Assembly (NCBI GenBank): GCA_964437755.1
Contig: CAYTIA010000004.1
Location: 11,687 to 75,686 of the forward strand
Direction of reading: 5' to 3'
Source of the DNA: an uncultured Pseudomonadales bacterium
GTDB taxonomy: Bacteria; Patescibacteriota; Microgenomatia; UBA1400; PJMF01
DNA length: 64,000 bases
Of the stretch, positions 9,889-19,578 are shown piece by piece. Numbering within the stretch: the first letter of the stretch is position 1; every line of letters begins with the position of its first letter. Under the pieces are notes generated by a model. That model made no database searches, was not told the origin of the DNA, and saw nothing but the letters and a program-made list of their open reading frames with translations. The position numbers and the translations under genes were made by a program.

Positions 9889-10566
9889 ATGGATCCATTT
9901 AAATCAAACCATTCCAGCAATGGAAAAGCTCAGAGCGGACACCAGGTAAATCCATTCGCCAGAGCTTTAGCAGAAACAGAGCAGAGAAGTTCTCAAAGTG
10001 CTTCTAGTTTTGCTAACTCCAATGGTGAACTGCAAAACTCTCTAAATTCTTCTAATTCAAACTTATTGAATCCAGCTTTTTCTGGACAAGATAACTCGTT
10101 GTTTAATGGAGTCGATTACCAGAAACAAATGGAGCAACAACAGGAGGATTTAAAAAAGAAACAGATGCGAGAAAAGTTGCATCGCATGATTAATCCCGTA
10201 GAGCAAACTGATATCTTTTCTGCAAGAGAAGAGAAACGAAAAAAAGATATAAACAAAGTTAGAGAAGACTTAAAAGCTTTAGCTGAAGAAATAGCAATGT
10301 TTTATAAAGAGATAGACATTTCTTTAACCCAAGAAGTTGTTTCTCCTGGGCAATCTGGAGTTTATCATGAAAACTTTTTTGACAAGTTGCGTCAATTTAT
10401 TCAAATGATTCGACAAAGGGTTCGAAGTGCTAGAACTTGGGCGCAGCAAGCAAAAAGAAAACAGCAAAAGAAAAGACACAAATTTGGGCTCGACTTCTCA
10501 AATCAAGAGGCAAAATCGGCTCATGATATGATGCACCACGAGAGAAGTAACGCTTTTGGCGCTTAA
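9889..10566 (+). CDS. hypothetical protein with a Ser/Asn/Gln-rich N-terminal region and a basic C-terminus
   Basis: 225 aa ORF with its own consensus promoter. The N-terminus is low-complexity (SSQSASSFANSNGELQNSLNSSNSNLL) and the C-terminus is Lys/Arg-rich. I recognise no family. Confidence 0.4.
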   Translation: MDPFKSNHSSNGKAQSGHQVNPFARALAETEQRSSQSASSFANSNGELQNSLNSSNSNLLNPAFSGQDNSLFNGVDYQKQMEQQQEDLKKKQMREKLHRMINPVEQTDIFSAREEKRKKDINKVREDLKALAEEIAMFYKEIDISLTQEVVSPGQSGVYHENFFDKLRQFIQMIRQRVRSARTWAQQAKRKQQKKRHKFGLDFSNQEAKSAHDMMHHERSNAFGA

Positions 10567-10628
10567 TTCTATAATTATTCAGGATAAATAAGCATAATCT
10601 TTGCACCAGAGGATAAAATCTTGTATAC

Positions 10629-10657
10629 TTGAACCTTCAGATTTTATTTTCTAAAAT
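10629..10657 (+). promoter_or_regulatory. candidate promoter for tRNA-Val (TTGAAC-17-TAAAAT)
   Basis: TTGAAC is at 10629..10634, followed by a 17-nt spacer and TAAAAT at 10652..10657. The tRNA starts about 16 nt downstream. Confidence 0.4.
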
Positions 10658-10673
10658 ATTGATATCTGTGAGC

Positions 10674-10747
10674 GGGCAGTTAGCTCAGCTGGTTAGAGTG
10701 TCACGTTGACATCGTGAAGGTCACTGGTTCGAGTCCAGTACTGCCCA
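10674..10747 (+). tRNA. tRNA-Val (anticodon GAC)
   Basis: Manual cloverleaf: acceptor GGGCAGT/ACTGCCC, D-arm GCTC..GAGT, anticodon stem TCACG/CGTGA with loop TTGACAT, T-arm ACTGG TTCGAGT CCAGT. It is 74 nt and CCA is not encoded. Confidence 0.85.
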
Positions 10748-10831
10748 CACTTATTCACTTTGGAAAAAGTTTTCAGAAGTGATATAATTCACGCTCGATT
10801 AAATTATTATTAATTATTAAATAAATAATCA

Positions 10832-11362
10832 GTGGCCAGATATAATCAGAAAAGAGAATACATAGTTGCTAACCACCAAATTAAGTTTCCCGAAGTGAGG
10901 GTGCTTGATGATCAGGGAGAAATGATTGGAGTGATGCAGCCAAGGAAAGCCCTAGAATTAGCTCAGGAACAACACAAAGATCTAGTTCTTGTAACCAGAG
11001 AAGCTAATCCACCAGTAACCAAAATTATTGAGCTTTCCAAGTTTAAGTATCAACAACAAAGAAAAGAGGCCAAAGCTAGAAAAAAGAACAGAGCTCAAGA
11101 CATTAAGGAAATTCGTTTTTCGATGTTTATGGGTGAAGGAGATGTTGAAATTAGAAAAAAAAGGATAAGAGAGTTTCTTGAGGAAGGGCATAAAGTAAGA
11201 TTAAGTTTACAGTTTAAAGGCAGACAGATAGCAAAAAAAGAGTTTGCTTATGAATTATTTAGTCAAGTAATTAACGAGATACAGGAAGCTGAAATTGGAA
11301 AAATAGAGATGGAGCCGAAAATTAATGGTAGAAAACTAATTGCTCAAGTAACACCAGTTTAA
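10832..11362 (+). CDS. infC: translation initiation factor IF-3
   Basis: 176 aa. Shows IF-3 N- and C-domain similarity (VRVLDDQGEMIGVM...KEIRFS...). The start is non-ATG (GTG at 10832), as is usual for infC. Confidence 0.85.
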   Translation: MARYNQKREYIVANHQIKFPEVRVLDDQGEMIGVMQPRKALELAQEQHKDLVLVTREANPPVTKIIELSKFKYQQQRKEAKARKKNRAQDIKEIRFSMFMGEGDVEIRKKRIREFLEEGHKVRLSLQFKGRQIAKKEFAYELFSQVINEIQEAEIGKIEMEPKINGRKLIAQVTPV

Positions 11363-11387
11363 TCCGTAATAACAAAAAAAGAGAAAA

Positions 11388-11591
11388 ATGCAAAAAATAA
11401 AACAAAAAACCAGAAAAGGCGTAAAAAAACGTTTTAAAATTACAACAACTGGTAAAATCCTTAGAAGAATTCAAAATTCGAGGCATCATAGAAATAAAAA
11501 GAGCAGAAAAGCTATCAGAAACTACAGAAAATATGCTGAGGTTACCGGAACATACGCCAAGAAAATTAAAAAAATGTTAGGGATAGCTTAA
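11388..11591 (+). CDS. rpmI: 50S ribosomal protein L35
   Basis: 67 aa, very basic (KTRKGVKKRFKITTTGKILRR). Conserved infC-rpmI-rplT order. Confidence 0.85.
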   Translation: MQKIKQKTRKGVKKRFKITTTGKILRRIQNSRHHRNKKSRKAIRNYRKYAEVTGTYAKKIKKMLGIA

Positions 11592-11619
11592 AAGAAAAGT
11601 AAAAAAAATAAAGGCAAAT

Positions 11620-11973
11620 ATGGCAAGATCAAAAACAAGTACCGTCCGAAGAAAAAAACATAATAAAATTCTTAATTTAGCTAAAGGCTTTACTGGCGCC
11701 AATAATAGACTTTTTAAAAGAGCTCATGAGGCCGTTTTGCATGCTGGTCAGTATGCTTACGCTGGTAGAAAGCTCAGGAAAAGAGATATGCGAAGATTGT
11801 GGATAGTTCGTATCAACTCTGGCTTAACTGCTGCAGAATCAACTCTAAATTACTCTCGCTTTATAAAAGCCTTAGATGACAAAAAAATTGAACTTAACAG
11901 GAAGATGCTTTCTGATTTAGTAGTTAACGACATGGATGCTTTTAAAGAAATAGTAAATCAAGTAACCAAATAA
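11620..11973 (+). CDS. rplT: 50S ribosomal protein L20
   Basis: 117 aa. MARSKTSTVRRKKHNKILNLAKGF...RINSGL matches L20. Confidence 0.9.
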   Translation: MARSKTSTVRRKKHNKILNLAKGFTGANNRLFKRAHEAVLHAGQYAYAGRKLRKRDMRRLWIVRINSGLTAAESTLNYSRFIKALDDKKIELNRKMLSDLVVNDMDAFKEIVNQVTK

Positions 11974-12060
11974 AAAATGATCTTTCAATATCAATTTACT
12001 AGCTTCTTCTTTTTTAACAACAAGAATTGGCGGTAAGTTGAGTTTACTTATAAAAACATC

Positions 12061-12086
12061 AACCCCGCCAAGGCGGGGTTTTTTTA
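12061..12086 (+). terminator. rho-independent terminator after rplT
   Basis: A GC stem (ccccgc caag gcgggg) is followed immediately by a 7-T run, about 90 nt after the rplT stop. Confidence 0.7.
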
Positions 12087-12128
12087 TTATTTTAATGATA
12101 AAATTAACCAATCAATAATCAAAACCAC

Positions 12129-13223
12129 ATGAAAAAAATGTCATCTCAATCTCATTCGCCAAAACTGCAAGCGCTTCTTGATGAAGCTGATCGGATTAAA
12201 AAACAGATTAGACAAGAAACGCTTAATCAAAAAGAGTTGGAAATAAGATACCTTGGAAAAAAAGGGTTGTTCGCTTCTTTGTCTAAGATGATGACGTCTA
12301 TTCCAGCACAAGAAAAACCTCAGGCTGGTAAGGTCATAAATCATCTGAAAAATGATTTACTCAATTATATCGAAGAACTATCTGATAAATCATTTGATCC
12401 TCTAGTAAAACAGGCTGAACTTGATTTAACAGTTCCTGGTATAAAACCAAATGTTGGTCACACTCATCCAATTTCACAAGCTATCGCAGAAATCACTAAC
12501 ATCTTTGAAAAAATTGGTTTTGTTCGCGTTCGCTATCCAGAGGTAGACTGGGATTGGTATGCATTTGGTAGCCTCAATATGCCTACCAATCACCCCGCGA
12601 GAGATGAGTGGGAAACATTTTTTATTAATCAACCCACTCACCCAAAAAAAGGAAGGGTCGTTTTAACTCCTCACACCTCCAATGGACAAGTTAGAGAGAT
12701 GGAGAGAGTAGGAAAACCACCTATTAGAATGATTAATATTGCTCGCTGTTATCGCAGACAACAAGATATTACCCACACCCAAATGTTCCATCAATTTGAA
12801 GGTTTGGTGATAGATAAAGATATCAACATCCAGCATCTTAAGGGCACTATTGACTATTTTGCGCGAGAATTTTACGGTCCAGATGCAAAAAGCCGTATTA
12901 GACCATTCCATTTTAAGTTTACCGAACCATCATTTGAGGTAGATTTTAGTTGTCATATTTGCGGTGGTACTGGATATCTAACCAATGAAAATTCTAAAGA
13001 AAAAACTAAGTGTAGGTTTTGCAAATCTGGATGGCACGAAGTTGGAGGAGCAGGGATGGTACATCCAAACGTACTCAAAGCTGGGGGCATTGATCCAGAA
13101 GAATATACAGGTTTTGCATTTGGTTGGGGGATAGAAAGAACATATACTCTAAAAGAGGGTCTAAATATTGATGATATTCGATTGCTTTACAGCTCAAAAT
13201 TAGATTTTCTAGAACAGTTTTAA
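12129..13223 (+). CDS. pheS: phenylalanine--tRNA ligase alpha subunit
   Basis: 364 aa. Class II aaRS motifs (FRV..YPE, GWG.ER) and the typical PheS C-terminal catalytic domain. Confidence 0.9.
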   Translation: MKKMSSQSHSPKLQALLDEADRIKKQIRQETLNQKELEIRYLGKKGLFASLSKMMTSIPAQEKPQAGKVINHLKNDLLNYIEELSDKSFDPLVKQAELDLTVPGIKPNVGHTHPISQAIAEITNIFEKIGFVRVRYPEVDWDWYAFGSLNMPTNHPARDEWETFFINQPTHPKKGRVVLTPHTSNGQVREMERVGKPPIRMINIARCYRRQQDITHTQMFHQFEGLVIDKDINIQHLKGTIDYFAREFYGPDAKSRIRPFHFKFTEPSFEVDFSCHICGGTGYLTNENSKEKTKCRFCKSGWHEVGGAGMVHPNVLKAGGIDPEEYTGFAFGWGIERTYTLKEGLNIDDIRLLYSSKLDFLEQF

Positions 13224-13251
13224 TTATTTAATAACATCTTTTACTTGAAAC

Positions 13252-15273
13252 ATGAACATTCTTATTCCCCACAAATGGCTTTTAGAGCATTTAAAAACAA
13301 AGGCTAAACCTTCTCAAATTCAAGAATACCTGTCACTTTCTGGTCCCAGCATTGAAAACATATCTGAGATTAATGGTGACAAAATTTATGATATTGAGAT
13401 CACTACCAATCGACCTGATTCACTCAGCGTAAGAGGTGTAGCTAGGGAGGCTGCAGTAATTTTATCCAGATACAAAATAAAATCAGAATTAATAGATTTA
13501 AAGTTAAAGAGTAACGATAAAATCGAAACAGAAGAATTAGAATTACCAACAATCAATAACGACCACACCTTCTGCCAAAGAATTATGTGTGTGGTTTTAG
13601 ATAAAGTTAAAAATAAAACAACTCCAAAATGGATGTCTGACCGCCTTGAACAAGCAGGTTTTCAGACTCATAATAGTATTATTGATATTACAAATTATGT
13701 TACGCATGATCTTGGCCATCCTTGTCATGCATTTGATTATGACAAGATCATGGAACTGGGCGGTGTTATTAATGTTCAAGAAGCAAAGCCAAATCAATCG
13801 TTTATTACTTTAGATGGGGAATCGAGAGAAACTATCGGCGGAGAAATAGTTTTCACAAATGATATAGGCACAATCATCGATTTACCAGCTATTATTGGTA
13901 CAGCAAATAGTAGCGTTGACGAAAACACAAAAAGAGTTTTGCTGTGGCTTGAGGATCTTGATTGCAAAAAAGTAAGATTTTCATCAATGGTTCATTCAAT
14001 TAGAACCATTGCAGCACAGTTAAATGAAAAAGAGTTAGATCCTTATCTTGGTGAAAAAACTATTGCCAAAGCTATCTCATTATTCCAGGAAATCACCAAC
14101 GCAAAAATTGCCAGCAAAATTTATGATGATTTTATTGAACCCTCAAAACTCAAATCAATTAAACTTTCTTACAAAAAAATCGCCAGCTACTTAGGCTTTG
14201 AGATTGAGATTAATCAAATAACTCAAGTACTAAATGAACTTGGATGTGAAGTAAAAGTAAATATTAAAACCAAAAACAATCAAGAAACAGTATTCATCGT
14301 AACCCCACCAAGTTTTCGCAGGGATTTAAAAATTCATGTGGATATTATCGAAGAAATAGCACGTATTTATGGATATCAAAATATTCCAAGCAAATTAATG
14401 GAGGGAGAGCTACCAGTTAATCCTCCCCAGAATACAAACTTCCAAATTGAAGAAAAAATAAGGCAATTTCTTGCACACATTGGCTGGCAGGAGCTTTACT
14501 CAATTTCATTAATAGGAGACGAGTTGATAAACCTAAGTGGTTTCAATCAAGACAAACACTTACAACTAAATAATCCTTTACTAACTGAAAATAAATATTT
14601 AAGAAGATCGCTTATTCCTTCATTGGTCGAAGCCGTTTCACAAAATCCTCAAGTAGAGAAGTTATCTATGTTTGAGTTAGCCGCTGTATACATTCCACAA
14701 AAAGGAGACCTTCCTCAAGAAAAAATGATGCTTGGCTTAGTCTCATCAAAATCATATAGAAAGGTTAGAGGAGATCTAGAATCACTTCTTGAACAATTAT
14801 ATATCCAAGCTATCCAAGTTAAAGAAGATAGTGAACAAGAAGAGAATTGTATTAACAATGCTCTTCAGCAAGGGACTATTTTAAACAAAGAAGGAACCGA
14901 AGTTTTGGGAAAGTTATTTGTTTTAAATGATCAGAAGATTGCCATTGAGCTTGAACTTAAAGCAATAATCTCTCTTGCAAAAAAACATACCACGTATCAA
15001 CAATTATTAACAACTTCTCCAATCATCGAGGACTTAACATTTTCTCTTTCTTTGGAAGATAGAGTGGGAAAGGTTCTTTCGGTTATTAAAAACTCAGATC
15101 CATTGATAAGAAATGTAGCGCTGATAGATAGTTATCAACAACGCTTTTCTTTTAGAATTACTTATCAACACTCAACAGAAAACTTAAGCAGTGAAGCAAT
15201 TGCTCCTGTTAGACAAAGGGTCGTTGAAATGGTAGAAAAACAAACTCAAGCAAAATTAGTTGGAAAAGTTTAG
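13252..15273 (+). CDS. pheT: phenylalanine--tRNA ligase beta subunit (short form)
   Basis: 673 aa. B3/B4 and B5 domain similarity with the C-terminal anticodon-binding domain. Shorter than the canonical roughly 800 aa. Confidence 0.8.
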   Translation: MNILIPHKWLLEHLKTKAKPSQIQEYLSLSGPSIENISEINGDKIYDIEITTNRPDSLSVRGVAREAAVILSRYKIKSELIDLKLKSNDKIETEELELPTINNDHTFCQRIMCVVLDKVKNKTTPKWMSDRLEQAGFQTHNSIIDITNYVTHDLGHPCHAFDYDKIMELGGVINVQEAKPNQSFITLDGESRETIGGEIVFTNDIGTIIDLPAIIGTANSSVDENTKRVLLWLEDLDCKKVRFSSMVHSIRTIAAQLNEKELDPYLGEKTIAKAISLFQEITNAKIASKIYDDFIEPSKLKSIKLSYKKIASYLGFEIEINQITQVLNELGCEVKVNIKTKNNQETVFIVTPPSFRRDLKIHVDIIEEIARIYGYQNIPSKLMEGELPVNPPQNTNFQIEEKIRQFLAHIGWQELYSISLIGDELINLSGFNQDKHLQLNNPLLTENKYLRRSLIPSLVEAVSQNPQVEKLSMFELAAVYIPQKGDLPQEKMMLGLVSSKSYRKVRGDLESLLEQLYIQAIQVKEDSEQEENCINNALQQGTILNKEGTEVLGKLFVLNDQKIAIELELKAIISLAKKHTTYQQLLTTSPIIEDLTFSLSLEDRVGKVLSVIKNSDPLIRNVALIDSYQQRFSFRITYQHSTENLSSEAIAPVRQRVVEMVEKQTQAKLVGKV

Positions 15274-16654
15274 TAAGTTCGTTTTAAATAATCTTGAAAA
15301 ATATAAACTGATTTACAAAATAGTAACAAAAAAATCTGCCTCCATAAGCCAAGTGATTAAATACTCACAACCCACTCGAATTTTGTTACAAGCATTGGTT
15401 TTTTTATTGATTGTTTTTATCCCTTCAAACTTATTCTTAAATCTTTCTCCTGAGATGGCCTACGTAAGTGGGCTAAAAGTTGATTATTTAATTCCCAAAG
15501 TGTGGGCCTCAGAGATAATTATTTTAAACCTACTTTGGATATGGTTACTTCACGTAAATATCAAGAAAATAAATAAAGAAAAAATTAAAAAATTCACTGT
15601 CGATAATAAATTCACAATAATATTGTCATCTATCTTTCTAGTGAGACAGTTATTTACTCCAAGACCAATAAGCTCGATATTTTTTTTAATACAACTTTTA
15701 CTCAATCTTTTCTTTATATTTTTCTTAAAAAATCACAGATGGCTTTTTAAAAAACAGATTATCAATTGGGCAGTTTTTTGTAGCGCTACGACACAGTTTT
15801 GCTTAGCAATCTTTCAGTTTATAAATCAACGCGCTTTATTGGCATATCAACTGTTTGGAGAACCTCAGTTTGAGCCATATTTTAGAATGAGCAGACATCT
15901 ATTTAATGGCAAAGAAAAAATATTGTCTTATGGAAGCACAGCCCATCCGAATGTTTTAGCGGGATCTACAGTGATTTTTTGTTTAATTTTATTAATCAAA
16001 ATTACCAAAAAGCATACAAATTTTGACAAAATCCTGTGGATAATCAGCTTTATTTTCACCCTAATTTTATTGTATACAACTCAGTCTTTCTCAGCGTTAT
16101 TAACTCTTGTGATTGGCGGAGCAATAATTGTTGCGAATAATAACTCAGCTACTCCTTTTAATAAAAAAGTTTTTGACAAGTTTTTAATGTTGTTTTTATT
16201 GATCTCATTAATATGTTCTCCGATCACAATCTTTCAACTTTCAAAACTTTATCCTCAGGAGCCATCAATTATTCGCAGACACACGTTAAATATAACAGCT
16301 CTAAATATTTTTAAAAAAGAGTGGTTAGTTGGATCTGGATTAAATCAGTTCACTCTATACTTGGATAGCTTTTCTCATCAAGCCGAAGTTGTCCGATTTG
16401 TTCAGCCAGTCCATCACGTAGGACTTCTCTTGCTTGCAGAAACAGGAGTTGTAGGCTTACTGCTTTTTGCTCAGATTAAAAAACTGCTCAACAAATCTAG
16501 TAAAAAAACGCTTTTTCTTATTCTTAGCATTCTTGCCCCGCTTCTTGTACTAGACCATTATTTATTCACTTTACAAACAGGGCAACTACTATTCAGTCTT
16601 CTTTTTATTAGTCTTCTTGATCAACAGGAGAAGGCGAAGGCGCTGGAGAAGTAG
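15260..16654 (+). CDS. O-antigen ligase/Wzy_C-family polytopic membrane protein (WaaL/PglL-like)
   Basis: 464 aa with about 10-12 transmembrane helices. Wzy_C signature HHVGLLLLAETGVVGLLLF (H..YL..LAE.G..G). Overlaps the pheT 3' end by 14 nt. Confidence 0.55.
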   Translation: MEKFSKFVLNNLEKYKLIYKIVTKKSASISQVIKYSQPTRILLQALVFLLIVFIPSNLFLNLSPEMAYVSGLKVDYLIPKVWASEIIILNLLWIWLLHVNIKKINKEKIKKFTVDNKFTIILSSIFLVRQLFTPRPISSIFFLIQLLLNLFFIFFLKNHRWLFKKQIINWAVFCSATTQFCLAIFQFINQRALLAYQLFGEPQFEPYFRMSRHLFNGKEKILSYGSTAHPNVLAGSTVIFCLILLIKITKKHTNFDKILWIISFIFTLILLYTTQSFSALLTLVIGGAIIVANNNSATPFNKKVFDKFLMLFLLISLICSPITIFQLSKLYPQEPSIIRRHTLNITALNIFKKEWLVGSGLNQFTLYLDSFSHQAEVVRFVQPVHHVGLLLLAETGVVGLLLFAQIKKLLNKSSKKTLFLILSILAPLLVLDHYLFTLQTGQLLFSLLFISLLDQQEKAKALEK

Positions 16655-19448
16655 TTATCGGCACTTCAGAAATAGTTGGCGCTGGCGTTGGCATCGGGGT
16701 TGGAGAGGGTCTATCAGTCGGAGTTGGCTCAACTTTTTTCCAAGGTTCACCTCCAGCACCAATGCGGGCCACATCACTTTTTGCTTCTTTCCCATCTCGA
16801 GAATAAGCAATAGCATAAATCTCAAATTGACCTGATCCAAGCCTAATTTTTCCCTCATATCTACTACTTTCTATCGTTTCACGCTTTTCCCCATTTACCC
16901 ACACTGTTATTTTTTCTATACCCCTATCACTTCCTGCTCGAACTTTTATTTCAACTTCTTTGTCTTTAAACTCTTCTTTGTCTTTTGGCTTTTCAAGTTT
17001 TACTGAAACATCATCTTGATCACCACAGTACTCAGTTGGCACACGATAGCGGGAGTCATCTTGGCCCTCTAGCCATTGATTAATGCCTTCTTGCCAACGA
17101 TTGACTCCATCTTCACTCAATGGATCTTCAACACTCAAATTAATCACTTCACGCTCTTCATAGTCCCTACTAGCAATCATTGCCTGAGTAGCCAACTTAT
17201 TTTCTCCTTTGCACACTTTAGCTTTATAGTGTATAGGATCCGGCAAAGCGGGAAGAGTGCCGCGAATGACATACTCCATTCTTGTTGGAAAATCACTGTG
17301 TGATGGATAACCTGACAAAGCATCAACCTCAACCTGCTCGACCTCATCGGGAACAGCAAACTCAGGAGTCTGATAGCCAGCATCCAAAGCAGCAAATATG
17401 GTCTTTCTCCAAATTGGAGAGGCTCCAGTTACACCTGAAGCAACTCTCAACATAGAGCTATTATCATTGTTTCCCACCCAAGTTCCAACAATCACTTCCT
17501 GACTCCAACCAATGGTCCAGTTATCAATCATGTCATTGGTGGTACCTGTTTTAACAGCAATTGGTCGACCAGTATTTAAGAGTGAGTTTGCACCAAATGC
17601 CGCTGTTCTAGCACTGTTATCAGACAGAATATTATTAATTAAAAAAGCCTCACCTTCAGACATCACTCTCTTTCCCTCAACCGGATGATGCTTAAAAATT
17701 GTTTTTCCATCTTTATCCTCAACTTGCAAAATTGAAACTGGTTCCACTTTAATACCGCCATTGGCAAAAGAGCTGTAGGCACTAACTAAATTGATTAATC
17801 TTACTTCACCACCACCTAAAGTTAGAGCTAATCCAAACCGCTTTAAGTTTTCTTCAGTTGGAGCTAAAGTGTCCAAACCAATATCTTCAGCTAAAACCAA
17901 GAAGTCTTCTACTCCAACCAACGCTAAAGCCTTAACAGCCGGGATATTAAGTGAATTCCCTAAAGAATTTCTGATATTGACTGGACCAGCAAATCCACCC
18001 GTATAGTTCCGAGGAGTATAGGGCTTTTCATTAGCATTGTGTCTAAAATCAGTTGGAGCATCAACCAAAACAGAGGCAGGAGTATAACCTTTTCGCAAAA
18101 GAGCTAAATAGGTAACAGGTTTAATTGATGATCCTGGTTGTCTTAAACCGCTTGTTACAACGTTAAATTGACCTCCGCGATCGGTATCAGAAAAGTCACG
18201 GCTACCAACCATAGCCAATATCTCTCCAGTACGAGGATCCATCATTAATGAAGCTCCGTTGGTAATGTGCAGGTCCTCAACTGCCTCAACTTCTTCAGTC
18301 ACAATCTGCTGAGCTTTCTCTTGAAGATCTAAATCAAGAGAGGTTATCACTTTTAAACCACCTCTTTCAACCATATCTTCGCCATACATTTCACTTAATT
18401 TTTCCTTAACATAAAAAACAAAGTGAGGAGCTTTAATTTCGAGGTTAGAGCGTTCAAACTGTAAATTAGGCAAATCAGTCATTGCCTGATCATACTCTTC
18501 ATCGCTGATATATTTTTCTCTTTTCATTCCATTTAAAACAGCCTGAGTTCTTAACTGCCACAAAGGAGTTCCCTCGCTATCTACTTGGCCACTAAAAGGA
18601 GAGTAAGCACTTGGACGTTGAGGCAAACCAGCTAAAAAAGCTGATTCAAGCAAAGTTAATTCCGCTACACCCTTGCTAAAATAAAGCTCAGCAGCAGATA
18701 CCACACCCCAGGCAGTACCTCCATAAGGTACTTCATTTAGATACATTTCTAAAATCTCGTCTTTAGTAAAGGTGCGCTCGATCTGAATAGCTAAAACCAA
18801 CTCCTTGAATTTTCTGGTAGCAGTCCTCTCATTACTTAAAAGAACGTTTTTGACTAACTGTTGAGTCAGGGTAGAGCCACCAACTACTCTTCTTCTAAAC
18901 AAAAAATTGTATGGAATTCTTAGAACTGTAGCTACATCAAAGCCAGAATGTTTATAAAAATCTTTATCCTCGATAGCAACTGTTGCCTTACGAAGATGTT
19001 CAGGAATTTGATCAATGCTCGTCGGGGTTCTTCTTTCATCTCCAAATAAGTCATAAAGCAAGTTATCATTGCGGTCATATATCTTAGTACTAAATCCATC
19101 TCTACGAACTATCTGTCCAGGCTGAGGAAGATCTCTTGAGAAGTAAGCAAACATAACAAAAAAACCAATAATTCCTAAAATCACCAATCCAAAAATACTA
19201 ATAGCCGCTAGCCTCAAGATCTTTATTTTTCGAAGCTGAACTTGAGCTTCAGATAAGCCAGAGTTTGATCTTTTTGCATACGAACCAGTTCTTCCAGCCA
19301 TTAATTTTCGCCAAGTACTTGACCGACGAGAACGAGCTTTACCAGAAAAAAGACCACTTAATCCAAAAAAGATTCTTTGAAAAAACTCATATGCCCAAAG
19401 AAGGGGAGAGGTTAATACTCTAAATAACTTTGAAAGATTGATTTCCAT
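16608..19448 (-). CDS. class A penicillin-binding protein (bifunctional glycosyltransferase/transpeptidase, PBP1A-like) with a C-terminal extension
   Basis: 946 aa. Cytoplasmic N-terminus and a transmembrane helix. GT51 motifs (EDKDFYKHSGFD, RQGGSTLTQQL) and transpeptidase motifs (SGSSIKP, KTGTT). A C-terminal domain of about 200 aa and a Pro/Thr-rich tail follow. The 3' ends of this gene and 15260..16654 overlap convergently by 47 nt. Confidence 0.85.
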   Translation of the reverse strand: MEINLSKLFRVLTSPLLWAYEFFQRIFFGLSGLFSGKARSRRSSTWRKLMAGRTGSYAKRSNSGLSEAQVQLRKIKILRLAAISIFGLVILGIIGFFVMFAYFSRDLPQPGQIVRRDGFSTKIYDRNDNLLYDLFGDERRTPTSIDQIPEHLRKATVAIEDKDFYKHSGFDVATVLRIPYNFLFRRRVVGGSTLTQQLVKNVLLSNERTATRKFKELVLAIQIERTFTKDEILEMYLNEVPYGGTAWGVVSAAELYFSKGVAELTLLESAFLAGLPQRPSAYSPFSGQVDSEGTPLWQLRTQAVLNGMKREKYISDEEYDQAMTDLPNLQFERSNLEIKAPHFVFYVKEKLSEMYGEDMVERGGLKVITSLDLDLQEKAQQIVTEEVEAVEDLHITNGASLMMDPRTGEILAMVGSRDFSDTDRGGQFNVVTSGLRQPGSSIKPVTYLALLRKGYTPASVLVDAPTDFRHNANEKPYTPRNYTGGFAGPVNIRNSLGNSLNIPAVKALALVGVEDFLVLAEDIGLDTLAPTEENLKRFGLALTLGGGEVRLINLVSAYSSFANGGIKVEPVSILQVEDKDGKTIFKHHPVEGKRVMSEGEAFLINNILSDNSARTAAFGANSLLNTGRPIAVKTGTTNDMIDNWTIGWSQEVIVGTWVGNNDNSSMLRVASGVTGASPIWRKTIFAALDAGYQTPEFAVPDEVEQVEVDALSGYPSHSDFPTRMEYVIRGTLPALPDPIHYKAKVCKGENKLATQAMIASRDYEEREVINLSVEDPLSEDGVNRWQEGINQWLEGQDDSRYRVPTEYCGDQDDVSVKLEKPKDKEEFKDKEVEIKVRAGSDRGIEKITVWVNGEKRETIESSRYEGKIRLGSGQFEIYAIAYSRDGKEAKSDVARIGAGGEPWKKVEPTPTDRPSPTPMPTPAPTISEVPITTSPAPSPSPVDQED

Positions 19449-19578
19449 AAGAGTCTCTATACTATGTTTTAAAAAAAATCATTGGTAACGATTTTAGATA
19501 TAGTTATTATTATAGCAACATTTGTTGTGTGTGATAGAATCTTGAGTACAAACTTTAAGATAGAATAAATATTTACAT

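Noticed and set aside
16617-16858. Arg/Trp-rich and other short ORFs antisense to, or out of frame with, PBP1A. Similar short ORFs occur inside the 1450-aa gene at 31645..33351.
   Set aside because: Their composition is typical of translating the wrong frame or strand of a real gene. All are nested inside well-supported long coding sequences.
19449-19578. A T-box riboswitch leader upstream of tyrS. The same applies to pheS at 11974..12128.
   Set aside because: The leaders are only about 130-150 nt long. They lack the conserved T-box sequence and a specifier-loop architecture.
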